NCBI GenBank assembly: GCA_964428495.1 | Contig: CAYRXY010000003.1 | Span: forward strand, 9,588 to 73,587 | DNA: 64,000 nucleotides | Direction: 5' to 3' | Origin: an uncultured archaeon | GTDB lineage: Archaea > Aenigmatarchaeota > Aenigmatarchaeia > GW2011-AR5 > JAHLMP01 | The notes under the pieces: generated by a model | Told to the model about the DNA's origin: nothing | The model's input: only the letters and a program-made list of their open reading frames with translations | Database searches by the model: none | Part shown: positions 29,180 to 40,372 of the stretch, one piece after another | Layout of the letters: each line of letters opens with the position of its first letter | How positions within the stretch are numbered: the first letter of the stretch is position 1 | Program-made: the position numbers and the translations under genes

Positions 29180-31195
29180 TTAAACCTTTCTAACATATCC
29201 TGGTTTTGGTTGAAATATTAATCCATCATTCTTTAATCTATCTAAAACTTCATCAACATCTGTTATTCCTTTCTCTTCCGCAGCAGCTTTAACATCCTCT
29301 ATAGAAACGTTCTTACTATCCATCTCCTTTGCAAGTTCATCTATTATCTCGAGGATTACCCTTATTTTACTTCTCTGGGATGTCGTAATACCACTTTCAA
29401 TTTTATCGATGTCTATCTTTCCAGTTTCCATATCAATTCCTAATTGTTGAAGAGAGAATTTCATAAGTCGTATTGCTCTTTCAGAATCTTCCTTTCTTAC
29501 ATATTTATCTAATCTAACTTTTGCACTAGCTTCAGATAATCTCATTAACGCTTCAAATTGTCTCAGAGTTATAGGAACTGTTGGAGTTCCCTCTCCCGAA
29601 TAATATTTGTTTCTTAAATCTACATAGAATTTCTTCAACATCTCAGCCGCCTCTTCAGTCATCTTTATATCTGTACATGTCTTTCTTGCATAAACAATAT
29701 ACTTTCGTAGAAAGTGTAGATCGAGAGGTGGTTTGAGTGTTTCAGGCTTTATTCTACTTCTTGTTACATGATCCACAAGTTCCTGATCTCTTTTAGCATC
29801 TGGGATATCCTTTAGGGCAAACTTCAAGTCAAATCTTGTCAAAAGTGTTTCTGGAATTTGAATTTGCTTAAGGATGGGGACAAAGGTATCAAATCTTCCA
29901 AGCTTAGGATTTGCAGCGGCAAGAATAGCAGTTCTTGCTGGTAGTGACGCTACGATATTTGCCTTAGCAACGCTTACTGTTTCCAAACTCATTGCCTCAT
30001 GCATTGCAACCTGATCATCTTTGCTCATCTTGTCAAATTCGTCTATAGCGAGTATTGAGTTGTTTGATAGGATCAATGCCCCAGCCTCCAAAACCCAGGA
30101 ACCCATCATTTCGTTTTTTACAACAGTAGTCGTTAGTCCGGCACCTGTAACTCCCTTACCGCTTACATATCTTCCACGCGGTAAAGCCTTTACAGCCAAC
30201 GAAATTAGCTGCGATTTTGCAGTAGAAGGATCACCAGTGATTAGAATGTGTATATTTCCCCTTATATGAGTACCATCCTCATATTCTCTTCTTACACCAC
30301 CAAAGAGCTGAAGAAGAATTGCTTCCTTGATCTCATCATGACCATAAATTCCAGGAGCTATGGAATCTATAAGCTTTTTGTAAATGTTTGGATCCTTTGC
30401 AAGCTCCATTATCCTTTCCTTGTCTTCATCTGTAATCTTTATCTCTTCGAATGATTCTTCTCTTGGCTCAGCATAATTTGCTTCAAAATATATATCTGGC
30501 CTCGTTGAGAGTTTTCCACCAATCTTTTTTGGAATCTCCTTTAAAATACCCACAATTCGAAGTTCATTACCTGGATCTGTTCTTCTTTGAAATCCAGGAC
30601 TTGTTAAATCCTCTTTTAGAAGTACATTTATCTTCTCAGGAGGTTCACCTTGAGTTATCTCAAATGGTTCATTGATCGTTATCCATCGAGTATCATACAT
30701 TCTTTTCTCTATAAGTTTGAAAATACCTCGACGACCACACTCAGGACAAATTATGGGCTGCTTTAAAACATTACCATCCTGATCTACAATTATTTTAGCT
30801 TTACATTCAGGACATCGAAAAACAGCTTCGTATATTTGAGGTCTTATCTCACTCGCTGCCCTGACGACTCCTTCAATCTCAACAAGCTTACCTATGTGTT
30901 CTGCTCTCAATCGTCTTATTCTTATTTTTCTATGCTTAGGTAAGTTCCTAACCCTTACATTTATTTTTTCATGCTCGGGTAGCTCTATTCTATCTATAGC
31001 ATTTTGAAATATTTTTAAGACCATCTCTGGTTGGTCAAGAAGCATTTCTGAAAGGATTGGGTCGAACCTATCAAGGCGCACAAAATCTATAACAACCGCA
31101 CCCGTCTGACAAGCCTCTATCAAAGCCTTCATATCACTACGCAAAAACTCTTCAGCCTTTTCTTCGAGTAGAATATTCTCCCGATTCTCTTCCAT
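29180..31195 (-). CDS. mcm: Replicative helicase MCM
   Basis: Zn finger CPEC...CPEC, GDPSTAKSQL, IDEFDKM, AAANP..GRF, TRFDL, C-terminal wH; no intein. Confidence 0.97.
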   Translation of the reverse strand: MEENRENILLEEKAEEFLRSDMKALIEACQTGAVVIDFVRLDRFDPILSEMLLDQPEMVLKIFQNAIDRIELPEHEKINVRVRNLPKHRKIRIRRLRAEHIGKLVEIEGVVRAASEIRPQIYEAVFRCPECKAKIIVDQDGNVLKQPIICPECGRRGIFKLIEKRMYDTRWITINEPFEITQGEPPEKINVLLKEDLTSPGFQRRTDPGNELRIVGILKEIPKKIGGKLSTRPDIYFEANYAEPREESFEEIKITDEDKERIMELAKDPNIYKKLIDSIAPGIYGHDEIKEAILLQLFGGVRREYEDGTHIRGNIHILITGDPSTAKSQLISLAVKALPRGRYVSGKGVTGAGLTTTVVKNEMMGSWVLEAGALILSNNSILAIDEFDKMSKDDQVAMHEAMSLETVSVAKANIVASLPARTAILAAANPKLGRFDTFVPILKQIQIPETLLTRFDLKFALKDIPDAKRDQELVDHVTRSRIKPETLKPPLDLHFLRKYIVYARKTCTDIKMTEEAAEMLKKFYVDLRNKYYSGEGTPTVPITLRQFEALMRLSEASAKVRLDKYVRKEDSERAIRLMKFSLQQLGIDMETGKIDIDKIESGITTSQRSKIRVILEIIDELAKEMDSKNVSIEDVKAAAEEKGITDVDEVLDRLKNDGLIFQPKPGYVRKV

Positions 31196-31221
31196 AATTG
31201 TAGTTAGATAGCCAAAGCTTT

Positions 31222-32601
31222 TTAACTTAAGCCAGTTTCCAATGGAGGAAGTGGAACACCATACTCAAAAAGAACACTACTAAACATATCATATATTTTT
31301 TTCATATCTTCTGGTGTTTTCCCCTCGAACCGCGCAATTAAATAAGGTGATGTGTTGGAAGCCCTCAAAAGACCCCATCCGTTCTTAAGCTCCAGACGAA
31401 TACCGTCTATATCGATAATCTTTGCCCCTTGAGCAATACTGAGAATTTCCTTCTTTACATTCTCTATTATTTCAAATTTCTTCTCATCGTCCACTGGAAG
31501 TCTAAGCTCTGGAGTAGAAAAGTAATGAGGAAGTTCATTTACTAAGTCTGAAAGGCTTTTCTGTTGGGAAGTAAGAAACGAAACCAGTCTTATAGCAGCG
31601 TGTGTTCCATCATCTATAGAGTAGAAGTCCTTGAAATATAGATGGCCGGACATTTCACCAGCAAGCAGAATTGCTGGATCTTCCATCATTTTTTTCATTA
31701 TGAAAGAGTGCCCCGTCTTGTACATAATTGGTTCTCCACCATGCTTTCTTATCCATTCTTCCAATAGTCGTGAACATTTGACCTCATAGAGAACCTTTTC
31801 CTTTTTAGATTGAAGAACATCCTCTGATAATATTGCTAGAGCTTGGTCCCCGCGAATGATTCTACCAGTCTCGTCTAAGAAAAATGTCCTGTCACCATCG
31901 CCATCAAATGCAATACCCATATCTGCTTTTTCCTCTTTGATAATCCTTCTAAGTTCCTTTAGGTTTTCCTCTTCTGCCGGATCAGGCCAATGATTAGGAA
32001 ACGATGAATCTGGTTCGTCAAAAAGGAATATTGGTTCAATATTTTCATTTTCAAGTATTTTTTTCATAACAGGACCTACAGTTCCGTTACCAAAGTCGAA
32101 CACAACCTTTAATTTTTTTCGAAAATTTATTTTTTCCTTTATTTCTTTTACGTATTCTAGAACGATATCGTACTTTTCAATGGTCCCTGGAGCTTCAATA
32201 AAATTTTCATTTTCAACAAGTTTTCTAACTTCTTGTATTTCTTCTCCTGCTAGTGCTACGGCATTTCGTCGACATAGTTTGAAACCGTTCCACTCTCCCG
32301 TCAAATGTGACGCTGTGATCATGATTCCTCCACTTGCACCAAGTTTGATTATCGCATAGTACAAGACAGGAGTTGGGACCATTCCTACATCGATAACACG
32401 CACGCCGGAAGAAACTAGACCTTCTATGATCGATTTCTTTATTACAGGAGAACTTTCTCTGTTGTCATGACCAACAACAACTGTTTTTGGCTTCAAAAAC
32501 GTTGCAAACGCCTTACCGATTCGTTCAGCGTCTTGACTATCGAAGTCTTTTCCGTAAATTCCTCGAATATCATATGCACGAAAAATCAGTGGATTCATCA
32601 C
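31222..32601 (-). CDS. Phosphomannomutase/phosphoglucomutase
   Basis: IFRAYDIRG, TASH, DGDGDR, GEMSGH, RASNT. Confidence 0.95.
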   Translation of the reverse strand: MMNPLIFRAYDIRGIYGKDFDSQDAERIGKAFATFLKPKTVVVGHDNRESSPVIKKSIIEGLVSSGVRVIDVGMVPTPVLYYAIIKLGASGGIMITASHLTGEWNGFKLCRRNAVALAGEEIQEVRKLVENENFIEAPGTIEKYDIVLEYVKEIKEKINFRKKLKVVFDFGNGTVGPVMKKILENENIEPIFLFDEPDSSFPNHWPDPAEEENLKELRRIIKEEKADMGIAFDGDGDRTFFLDETGRIIRGDQALAILSEDVLQSKKEKVLYEVKCSRLLEEWIRKHGGEPIMYKTGHSFIMKKMMEDPAILLAGEMSGHLYFKDFYSIDDGTHAAIRLVSFLTSQQKSLSDLVNELPHYFSTPELRLPVDDEKKFEIIENVKKEILSIAQGAKIIDIDGIRLELKNGWGLLRASNTSPYLIARFEGKTPEDMKKIYDMFSSVLFEYGVPLPPLETGLS

Positions 32602-32659
32602 ATCACTTAATTTTGTTTTAGGAATAATGATTTAATAATTTTCTTTCGAACTTTATTTC

Positions 32660-33391
32660 ATGTTATACCTAATAAGCATCGGTCTAAACTCGGAAGAGGA
32701 TATGAGCTTAAAGGCATTAGAAGCAGCTAAAAAATGTGATGTGCTGCTGTGGGAAAATTATACCACACGGTTGGACACCACTGCTGAAAAGCTCAACAAG
32801 TTGATAGGGCATGAGGTTAAGGAAGTGGATAGGAGTGATATTGAAGATAGAATGGATGAAATCATTAAGCAAGCGAAGGAAAAGAATGTAGGCATTCTGG
32901 TTGGTGGAGATGCTCTGACCGCGACGACGCACATTTCCCTAGTATTAGAAGCGAAAAAACAGAACATTGCTGTTAAAATAATTCATAGCTCATCAATTCT
33001 AACGGCAGTAGCCGAGACTGGTCTACAAGTTTACAAGTTTGGGCGCGTGGTCACACTACCCGCTAGCGGTTTTACCGATTCAATAATCGAGATGATTAAA
33101 ATGAACCTATCTAATGGTCTACATTCACTAATTCTTCTTGACATTGATTTATCACCATTATTGGCAGTAAAGATGTTGGTCAAAAACGTAGAAAAGTTAG
33201 GGCTAAATAAAGAAACGAAAATTGTTGTTGCATGCAGGCTTGGTAGTGAGGAAGGTATTATAAGATATGGCACGATCGAGCGTCTCATCAATGACAATGA
33301 CATCGACAAAGTACCAGGCATTCTTATAATTCCTGGTAAACTCCATTTCATGGAGGAGGAGGTGTTAAAATTCTTCAAAAATAGAAGTTAA
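32660..33391 (+). CDS. dph5: Diphthine synthase
   Basis: ENYT, GDALTATTH, GLQVYKFGRVVTLP, LHSLILLDI, LHFMEEE. Confidence 0.93.
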   Translation: MLYLISIGLNSEEDMSLKALEAAKKCDVLLWENYTTRLDTTAEKLNKLIGHEVKEVDRSDIEDRMDEIIKQAKEKNVGILVGGDALTATTHISLVLEAKKQNIAVKIIHSSSILTAVAETGLQVYKFGRVVTLPASGFTDSIIEMIKMNLSNGLHSLILLDIDLSPLLAVKMLVKNVEKLGLNKETKIVVACRLGSEEGIIRYGTIERLINDNDIDKVPGILIIPGKLHFMEEEVLKFFKNRS

Positions 33392-33426
33392 ATTCTTTTT
33401 AAAAATTCTGGCGCAAACTATTGATT

Positions 33427-34515
33427 ATGAACGCTGACGAGAAAGTAAAGATTGTCGAATCTGTTGCGGAGGAAATCGTGACAAAGGATGAGCTAAGAAA
33501 ACTCTTTGAAGAGAAGAAGCACCCTGTTGCTTACGATGGATTTGAACCAAGTGGTCTTGCTCATCTTCCGTTCGGTGTGTTTCGCCCTCTTATTCTCGAA
33601 AGGTTAATGAAGGCTGGTATTCATTTTAAACTCTATCTCGGTGATTGGTTCGCATGGATCAACAATAAACTTAGTGGCGATCTAGACACCATAAGAAAAT
33701 GTGGTGAATACTTTGTTGAAGTCTGGCACGCGGCTGGTGTTGATTTAAGTAAAGTTGAAATCGTTTGGGCGAGCGATCTGGTAGCAAGGAAAGAATATTG
33801 GCAGCGCGTTTTAACTGTGGCAAAGCACTGCACCATAGCGAGAACTGAACGTGCCTTGACAATCATGGGTAGAAAAAAAGGAGAACTTAAAGAAGTAGCA
33901 CAATACTTTTACCCGATGATGCAAGTTGCGGATATATTCGAGCTGGGAGTTGATATTTGCCAACTTGGTCTAGATCAGCGTCGTGCAAACATGCTTGCCC
34001 GAGATATTGCAGAGAAGTTAAAATGGCGAAAACCAGTTGCGGTAAGCCATCACATGCTTCTCGGTCTCACAGGAATGAAAGAGCCGGAAGGTTTCGATGA
34101 AAACAAAAAAATCGATGCTATGATTGCATCGAAGATGAGCAAATCAAAACCAGAGTCGTCAATATTTGTACATGATAGTGAAGGGGAAATAAGGAAAAAA
34201 ATTAGTAAAGCATACTGTCCCGCAAAACAAGTTGATGGAAATCCAATACTTGAATACACAAAGTACATCATCTTTCCAAAGTTCGATAAGATGAAGATCG
34301 AACGGGATAAAAAGTATGGTGGTAATTTAGAGGTCGAAAGCTATGAAGAGCTTGAGAATTTGTTTAAACGTGGTGAATTACACCCACTTGATCTGAAAAG
34401 TGCTGTTGCATCTTATTTAAATGAAATAATCAAACCGATAAGGGAACACTTCGAGAAAAATAAGAGGGCACGGGAATTGTACGAGATCGTCAAAAAAGCG
34501 AGGATAACAAGATAG
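33427..34515 (+). CDS. tyrS: Tyrosine--tRNA ligase
   Basis: YDGFEPSG..H, YPMMQVADIF, GLDQR, KMSKS, LHPLDLK. Confidence 0.96.
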   Translation: MNADEKVKIVESVAEEIVTKDELRKLFEEKKHPVAYDGFEPSGLAHLPFGVFRPLILERLMKAGIHFKLYLGDWFAWINNKLSGDLDTIRKCGEYFVEVWHAAGVDLSKVEIVWASDLVARKEYWQRVLTVAKHCTIARTERALTIMGRKKGELKEVAQYFYPMMQVADIFELGVDICQLGLDQRRANMLARDIAEKLKWRKPVAVSHHMLLGLTGMKEPEGFDENKKIDAMIASKMSKSKPESSIFVHDSEGEIRKKISKAYCPAKQVDGNPILEYTKYIIFPKFDKMKIERDKKYGGNLEVESYEELENLFKRGELHPLDLKSAVASYLNEIIKPIREHFEKNKRARELYEIVKKARITR

Positions 34516-34528
34516 GTGGTGATTAAGA

Positions 34529-35809
34529 ATGATCGATCCAAAGCTGATAAGAGAAAATCCGGAGTTTGTAAAGGAAAATCTAAAGAAGAGACAGGATCCT
34601 CAAGTATTGAAACTTGTAGATGAGTTTCTCGAAGTGGATAAGAAGAAGAGAGAGATTGAAACTAAAATAAACAAACTCAGACACGAAAGGAATGAAGCAT
34701 CGAGAAAAGTAGCAGAGTTAAAAAAGAAGGGAGCTAACGCAACGAAAGAGATAAAGAAAATGGGACAGATCAGTGATGAGATCGAGAAACTTCAAACGAA
34801 GTTAGAAAAATACAAGACCGAACTCGATGAAATCCTTTATAAGATTCCAAACTTGCTTCACGAGACTGTTCCATTCGGTAAAGACGAGCATGATAACGTT
34901 GAAATAAGACGATGGGGTTCTCCTCCGAAATTTGATTTTGAACCAAGGGGCCATCTAGAGTTAGCAATGCAACTTAATCTGCTTGATCGTGATCGTGCAG
35001 CAAAGGTTGCTGGGCATGGATTTTATTATATCAAGGGTAAACTTGTGCTTCTCGATCTAGCGTTGATACGTTTTGCTATAGATGAACTAATAAAAAAGGG
35101 ATACAGCCTCGTTGAACCACCGTTTATGCTAAACGAAAGAGCATACAGAGGTGCTGAGGACTTTGAGTTTCTTCGTGATCAGGCATATAAGATTGAAGGT
35201 GATGATCTATTCTTGATTGGTACTGCAGAGCATCCACTTGCTACCATGTTCATGAACGAGACCTTGCTTAAAGGGCAATTGCCAATGAAGTTTATCGGTG
35301 TTTCACCGTGCTTCCGTCGAGAGGTCGGTTCCCATGGAAAATATACAAAGGGTCTTTACAGAATGCATCACTTTAACAAGATAGAGATGTTCGTAATTTC
35401 GAAACCTGAAGAAAGCTGGCAAATATTCGAACAGGTTCAAGGAGATGCTGAGGAACTTTTTCAGAAACTTGGTCTTCATTATCGTGTTGTTAACGTCTGT
35501 ACTGGCGATATTGGATACAAGGCAGCAAAAAAATATGATATTGAAGCATGGATGGCTGATGGTAAGTTTCGAGAGATTGGTTCGAACTCCAACTGCACGG
35601 ACTATCAAGCAAGAGCTCTGAATATCAAGTATAGGGAAAAAGAAGGGCAAAGACCTGCCGGTTTTGTTCATATGATAAACAACACAGCAATCGCAACGAG
35701 TAGAACGATGATTACAATCATGGAACAATATCAACAGAGAGACGGAACGATAAAGATTCCAAAGGTTTTGTGGAAATATACTGGGTTCAAGAAGATTGAA
35801 AGGCAGTAA
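34529..35809 (+). CDS. serS: Serine--tRNA ligase
   Basis: N-terminal coiled coil, GTAEHPL, FRREVG, SNSNCTDYQAR. Confidence 0.97.
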   Translation: MIDPKLIRENPEFVKENLKKRQDPQVLKLVDEFLEVDKKKREIETKINKLRHERNEASRKVAELKKKGANATKEIKKMGQISDEIEKLQTKLEKYKTELDEILYKIPNLLHETVPFGKDEHDNVEIRRWGSPPKFDFEPRGHLELAMQLNLLDRDRAAKVAGHGFYYIKGKLVLLDLALIRFAIDELIKKGYSLVEPPFMLNERAYRGAEDFEFLRDQAYKIEGDDLFLIGTAEHPLATMFMNETLLKGQLPMKFIGVSPCFRREVGSHGKYTKGLYRMHHFNKIEMFVISKPEESWQIFEQVQGDAEELFQKLGLHYRVVNVCTGDIGYKAAKKYDIEAWMADGKFREIGSNSNCTDYQARALNIKYREKEGQRPAGFVHMINNTAIATSRTMITIMEQYQQRDGTIKIPKVLWKYTGFKKIERQ

Positions 35810-35855
35810 TTTACTTATAACGAAATTTTTATTTTTTATTTCATAATTAATTCTC

Positions 35856-36119
35856 ATGATAGATCAAAGACTGAAAGAAGAAACAGAAAAATGGATCGAT
35901 AAGATAGAAAAAGAGTTGGAATCAACAGGTTTCTACGATGAGAAAGGTAAAGAGTTCTTATTGAATATACATGCCTACGTTGACGATTCCAAGTATTGGT
36001 TGGATCGGGGTGATTTGATAAAGGCTTTCGAAGCGATTATATGGGCTTGGGCATGGTATGAGATCTGTCTCAGATTGGAAATTCTAAAAAATATAAATAA
36101 GCCCGAGGAGGAAGAATAA
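35856..36119 (+). CDS. DUF357-family protein
   Basis: AYVDDSKYWL..GD...AFEAIIWAWAW. Confidence 0.8.
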   Translation: MIDQRLKEETEKWIDKIEKELESTGFYDEKGKEFLLNIHAYVDDSKYWLDRGDLIKAFEAIIWAWAWYEICLRLEILKNINKPEEEE

Positions 36120-36121
36120 TT

Positions 36122-36412
36122 ATGAAGGGTTTAAGTTTACCAATAAATGCAATTGTTATAATCGCAATTGGAATAATTGTTCTTCTTGCATTGACCATGT
36201 TTTTCACAAGTCAATTTTCCAATGCATCATCTAGTATGTCTAAAACCGAAGAAATTCAAAGAGCATGTGCTACTTGGAGAATGACCAACTGTGATGATAA
36301 TTATTGGAATAATAAAAATATATTTAACAGTAAAAATATGTCCGCTATTTGTACATCTGCAGGTTATCCGAATGATAAAGCCCTTTGTAAGGATATTTGT
36401 GGTTGTAGCTAA
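36122..36412 (+). CDS. Small pilin-like protein with a Cys-rich head
   Basis: Class III signal MKG|LSLPINAIVIIAIGIIVLL; 6 Cys. Confidence 0.8.
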   Translation: MKGLSLPINAIVIIAIGIIVLLALTMFFTSQFSNASSSMSKTEEIQRACATWRMTNCDDNYWNNKNIFNSKNMSAICTSAGYPNDKALCKDICGCS

Positions 36413-37447
36413 TCACATTCTATACTTTTTGTAATATGTAGAATCTTCTAATGGTGCTATCCATCTGTCAACGTATCTTTTCTTGTTTTGAATTATGATA
36501 ATTCTCGATTCCTTGTGTTCGTCCATAAGCTCGAAATCCGGAAGGTATTTTAGAAGCTTGTTCATCCACTCGACAACTTCCTTATGGTCTAACATATGAT
36601 CCTCTTTGAGTCTTACCGTTGAATATCCAACATGCATATATGATTTTGCCTCCACAAAGTGTGGATTCGCTCTTTTGATAAGTTCTGCAATAGCCTTTAT
36701 CTCTTCTTCATGAGTATTCATACCTCTTATAAGCGTTATTCTTATCACAGTCCTCGTGTTGGTCTCCTTAATGAAGTTAAGACTCTCCATAATCTTGTTC
36801 CATCCATCTCTCACAACAGGACAGGATATTTTTTCAAAGGTTTTCTTAGTACCAGCATTTAAAGATAGATAAACTTGTGTGGGTAGTGCGTCTTCTCTTT
36901 CAAGTCTCCACAACATTTCTGGCTCTTCTCCATTAGTTACCAAGAATATAGATTTAGTTTCTGGAAGTGATTTTAGATATTTTATGAGCTCAGGAAGCTT
37001 TGGATAAAGTGTCGGCTCACCACTAAGCGAAATTGCAAAGTGAGATGGTTTAAAAGCTTCTTTCAGAATCTCTTTATCCACCTTTTCATTTCCTCCGAAG
37101 CCGGATAAAAGTTTTCTTCTTTCTTCCAGAAGATGGTTTATAATATCTTCGGATTCATCAACCTCATCCGACTTCATCTCTACTTTATTGTAGAATTCAG
37201 TAGGTCTCCAGCAGTATATACACCTATGATGACAGTACATACCAGCTGGAGAGAATTCCATACATCTATGTGTTTCTATACCAAAAAACTTCCTCTTATA
37301 GCAAATTCCTTCACCTTTCAACGCCTTCTTTGTCCAGTGACAAACATCAACAGTGGAATGATTCCAAACACCATACTGAGCATTTCTAAGCTTTTCTTCT
37401 GTCTTCTTATATATCGCCAGCTTTCCGTTTTCCTTATGAATTGTCAT
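36413..37447 (-). CDS. taw1: tRNA 4-demethylwyosine synthase (radical SAM)
   Basis: CHWTK, CYK..FFGI.THRC, CHHRCIYCWR, SLSGEPT. Confidence 0.95.
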   Translation of the reverse strand: MTIHKENGKLAIYKKTEEKLRNAQYGVWNHSTVDVCHWTKKALKGEGICYKRKFFGIETHRCMEFSPAGMYCHHRCIYCWRPTEFYNKVEMKSDEVDESEDIINHLLEERRKLLSGFGGNEKVDKEILKEAFKPSHFAISLSGEPTLYPKLPELIKYLKSLPETKSIFLVTNGEEPEMLWRLEREDALPTQVYLSLNAGTKKTFEKISCPVVRDGWNKIMESLNFIKETNTRTVIRITLIRGMNTHEEEIKAIAELIKRANPHFVEAKSYMHVGYSTVRLKEDHMLDHKEVVEWMNKLLKYLPDFELMDEHKESRIIIIQNKKRYVDRWIAPLEDSTYYKKYRM

Positions 37448-37499
37448 AACTTTTTGTTATTTGTGAAAAAATTTAAACAAGCTAAAATAATCAATAAGT

Positions 37500-37796
37500 A
37501 TGAAAGGTACAAGTCTACCGGTAAATTCTATAGTAATAATAGCATTGGCAGTAATTGTACTTGTTGCGATCGCCGTTTGGTTTTCGTCAGAAATGCTTCA
37601 CGGACAGAAACAGGTTAACGCCGAGCAGGCATGGGTAAGTGCGTGCAATCAATGGAAAGCTACAAACTGTGATGCAGGACATTTTAACAACACATTAACA
37701 GGATTTCCAGGTATTTCTACTATAAAGGAAGCATGTAAAGCTGCAAGAGGATCAGATGATGCTGACCTATGTAAAAAGCTTTGTTGTGGAGAGTAA
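37500..37796 (+). CDS. Small pilin-like protein, paralog of 36122-36412
   Basis: MKG|TSLPVNSIVIIALAVIVLV; shares AC..W..TNCD...C...LCK..C. Confidence 0.8.
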   Translation: MKGTSLPVNSIVIIALAVIVLVAIAVWFSSEMLHGQKQVNAEQAWVSACNQWKATNCDAGHFNNTLTGFPGISTIKEACKAARGSDDADLCKKLCCGE

Positions 37797-37829
37797 TTTC
37801 TATTTAATTTTTTCTTATCTATTTATTTC

Positions 37830-38363
37830 ATGGAGATAGTCTTTGTAACTTCTAACCCAAACAAGGTAAGGGAGGTTGAAGAGATACTAGGTATGAAGGT
37901 AAAACAAGTCAGTATCGATGTGAAAGAGATTCAGTCATTGGATGTTAAAGATGTTGTAAGAGAGAAAGTTATCGAGGCGTACAAGATTGTTAATAAGCCT
38001 GTTATAGTAGAAGACACGGGTTTGTACATAGAATCGTTGAATGGTTTTCCCGGTGCATTGATCAAATGGGTGATGAAGACTATAGGAAATGAGGGAATAT
38101 GTAGAATTACAACTGGGGACAGAAGAGCCGTAGCGAGAACGTATGTTGGATACTATGATGGAAACGATCTAAATCTATTTGTTGGTGAAATATCGGGTAG
38201 AATTTCTGATGTACCACGTGGCGATGGATTTGGATGGGACGCCGTTTTTATACCGGATGGATATGAAAAAACATTTGGAGAACTTGGACCAGAAATTAAA
38301 AACAAAATATCGATGAGAAAGATAGCATTTGAAAAGTTAAGAAACTATCTTAAACAAGAGTAA
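37830..38363 (+). CDS. rdgB: Non-canonical purine NTP pyrophosphatase (Ham1/ITPase)
   Basis: TSNPNK..E, VEDTGL, GFPG, FGWDAVF. Confidence 0.92.
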   Translation: MEIVFVTSNPNKVREVEEILGMKVKQVSIDVKEIQSLDVKDVVREKVIEAYKIVNKPVIVEDTGLYIESLNGFPGALIKWVMKTIGNEGICRITTGDRRAVARTYVGYYDGNDLNLFVGEISGRISDVPRGDGFGWDAVFIPDGYEKTFGELGPEIKNKISMRKIAFEKLRNYLKQE

Positions 38364-38616
38364 CACTTTCCGTTTCTACTTCTCCAACGCCTTCAATCTT
38401 TTTTATTTTTTCCTCAATCTCCGAAGGACTTACAGTCTTATCAGGCATGACAAAAAGAACCTTTATTGCTTTTAATCCAAAGGCTACGTCCTCTATTGAA
38501 ATATCACTTACCTTAACTACATCGGTCTCTAGTTCCTTGATTTCATTAACAATCTTGTTAACATCAATATCTGGAGATTCCGGCATTACTTTTAGCGTAA
38601 GTGCTACTTGACCCAT
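38350..38616 (-). CDS. ef1b: Translation elongation factor aEF-1beta
   Basis: LKVMPESPD, VAFGLKAI, IEGVGEVE. Confidence 0.93.
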   Translation of the reverse strand: MGQVALTLKVMPESPDIDVNKIVNEIKELETDVVKVSDISIEDVAFGLKAIKVLFVMPDKTVSPSEIEEKIKKIEGVGEVETESVTLV

Positions 38617-38625
38617 TTAACCACC

Positions 38626-38793
38626 TCAAGGACCTTCAAACCCACATTTTGGACAAATATACGGAACGCTAAGCTTTCTACATCTTTCACAACGAACAAT
38701 TATTTCCTCTCCACAGTTTGGGCACTTAAATTTTACCCAGTTCTCCTCCGTAGCAACATTCCTTTTACATGAGGTACAAAGTATCTCTACCAT
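38626..38793 (-). CDS. DUF1610 zinc-ribbon protein
   Basis: MVEILCTSC...FKCPNCG...RCERCR...[11 protein letters not shown]; usual partner upstream of aEF-1beta; absent from the ORF track. Confidence 0.9.
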   Translation of the reverse strand: MVEILCTSCKRNVATEENWVKFKCPNCGEEIIVRCERCRKLSVPYICPKCGFEGP

Positions 38794-38921
38794 ATACCTT
38801 TGTTTTAGGGAGAGAAAATATAAAAAGTTTCATCATCCAAAAGGACTGAAAACTTTGAGAAAATCTAAACTATTTAAGTTTTAAAACCAATTATTGATAA
38901 GCTTAATATATAGGTGATATT

Positions 38922-40190
38922 ATGGCAAGTAACAAGCCACACTTAAATCTTGTAACGATTGGTCACGTAGACCATGGTAAATCGACCTTGGTAGGTCGAT
39001 TGCTCTTCGACAGTGGTGCAATCAGAGAAGACCAAGTAAGAAAGCTAAAGGAAGAAGCAAAGGAGAAAGGAAAGGAAACCTTTGAGTTCGCCTTCGTCAT
39101 GGACCGACTCAAAGAGGAAAGAGAGCGTGGTCTAACAATCGACATCATGCATCAGAAGTTTGAGACAAACAAATACTACTTTACAATCATAGATGCACCA
39201 GGTCACAGAGACTTTATCAAGAACATGATTACAGGTACATCTGAGGCAGACGGTGCGATACTCGTCGTGTCTGCAAAAGAAGGTCCACAAGAACAGACAA
39301 AAGAGCACATATTCTTAGCAAAGATTTTGGGTGTAGAACAGCTCATTATAGCAATCAATAAGATGGATACAGTAAACTACGAAGAGAAGAGATTCAACGA
39401 GGTAAAGGAAGAGGTTTCAAAGCTTTTGAGGGCAGTGGGTTATAAACCAGAGGAAATAACATTCATTCCTATCTCCGCATACAATGGAGATAATGTAGTA
39501 AAGAAGAGTGATAAGACACCTTGGTACAATGGCCCTACTATCGTAGAGGCATTGGATCAATTCAAGGAACCTGAAAGACCAATAGACAAGCCATTGAGAA
39601 TTCCTATTCAGGATGTTTACTCCATCAGTGGAGTAGGTACGGTTCCTGTAGGAAGGGTGGAAACAGGAGTATTAAAAAAAGGTGACAAGGTAGTATTTGT
39701 ACCATCAAACGTTACTGGTGATGTAAAGTCCATCGAGATGCATCACGAAGAGATTGCAGAGGCGAAGCCTGGAGACAATATTGGTTTCAACGTACGTGGT
39801 GTAGGTAAGGATCAAATAAAGAGAGGGGATGTAGCAGCTCATCCAGATTCTGCACCAAAGCCTGTTAAGGAATTTGTAGCTCAGATTGTAGTATTGAACC
39901 ATCCTACCGTAATCTCTAAGGGATACACTCCAGTAGTTCATGCACACACTTCACAGGTAGCTTGTAGATTCGTAGAGATTCAGAAGAAACTTGATCCAAA
40001 GACAGGTCAAGTAGTCCAGGAAAATCCTGATTTCATCAAGACAGGAGATGCAGCTATCGTAAAACTTCAACCAACAAAGCCATTCATCATTGAAAAACAG
40101 AAGGACATTCCACAGTTGGCACGATTCGCAATCAGAGATATGGGTATGACAGTTGCAGCAGGTATCTGCATTGATACCGTGACCGAGTAA
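38922..40190 (+). CDS. tuf: Translation elongation factor aEF-1alpha
   Basis: [37 protein letters not shown]. Confidence 0.98.
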   Translation: MASNKPHLNLVTIGHVDHGKSTLVGRLLFDSGAIREDQVRKLKEEAKEKGKETFEFAFVMDRLKEERERGLTIDIMHQKFETNKYYFTIIDAPGHRDFIKNMITGTSEADGAILVVSAKEGPQEQTKEHIFLAKILGVEQLIIAINKMDTVNYEEKRFNEVKEEVSKLLRAVGYKPEEITFIPISAYNGDNVVKKSDKTPWYNGPTIVEALDQFKEPERPIDKPLRIPIQDVYSISGVGTVPVGRVETGVLKKGDKVVFVPSNVTGDVKSIEMHHEEIAEAKPGDNIGFNVRGVGKDQIKRGDVAAHPDSAPKPVKEFVAQIVVLNHPTVISKGYTPVVHAHTSQVACRFVEIQKKLDPKTGQVVQENPDFIKTGDAAIVKLQPTKPFIIEKQKDIPQLARFAIRDMGMTVAAGICIDTVTE

Positions 40191-40280
40191 ATTTTGATTT
40201 TTCTATTGTTTTCATTTTTCCATTTTAATTCTTTCGTTAAAATGGCTTAGAATTATAAGTCTTCTCGATAAATTTATATT

Positions 40281-40356
40281 GCCCCCGTGGTGTAGTTTGG
40301 ATTAACATGCCACCCTGCGGAGGTGGAGATCCTGGGTTCGAATCCCAGCGGGGGCA
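40281..40356 (+). tRNA. tRNA-Arg(GCG)
   Basis: GCCCCCG/CGGGGGC-A acceptor, anticodon arm CCACC-CT-GCG-GA-GGTGG, A20 in the D-loop. Confidence 0.93.
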
Positions 40357-40372
40357 TGAAGAGATTAATACC

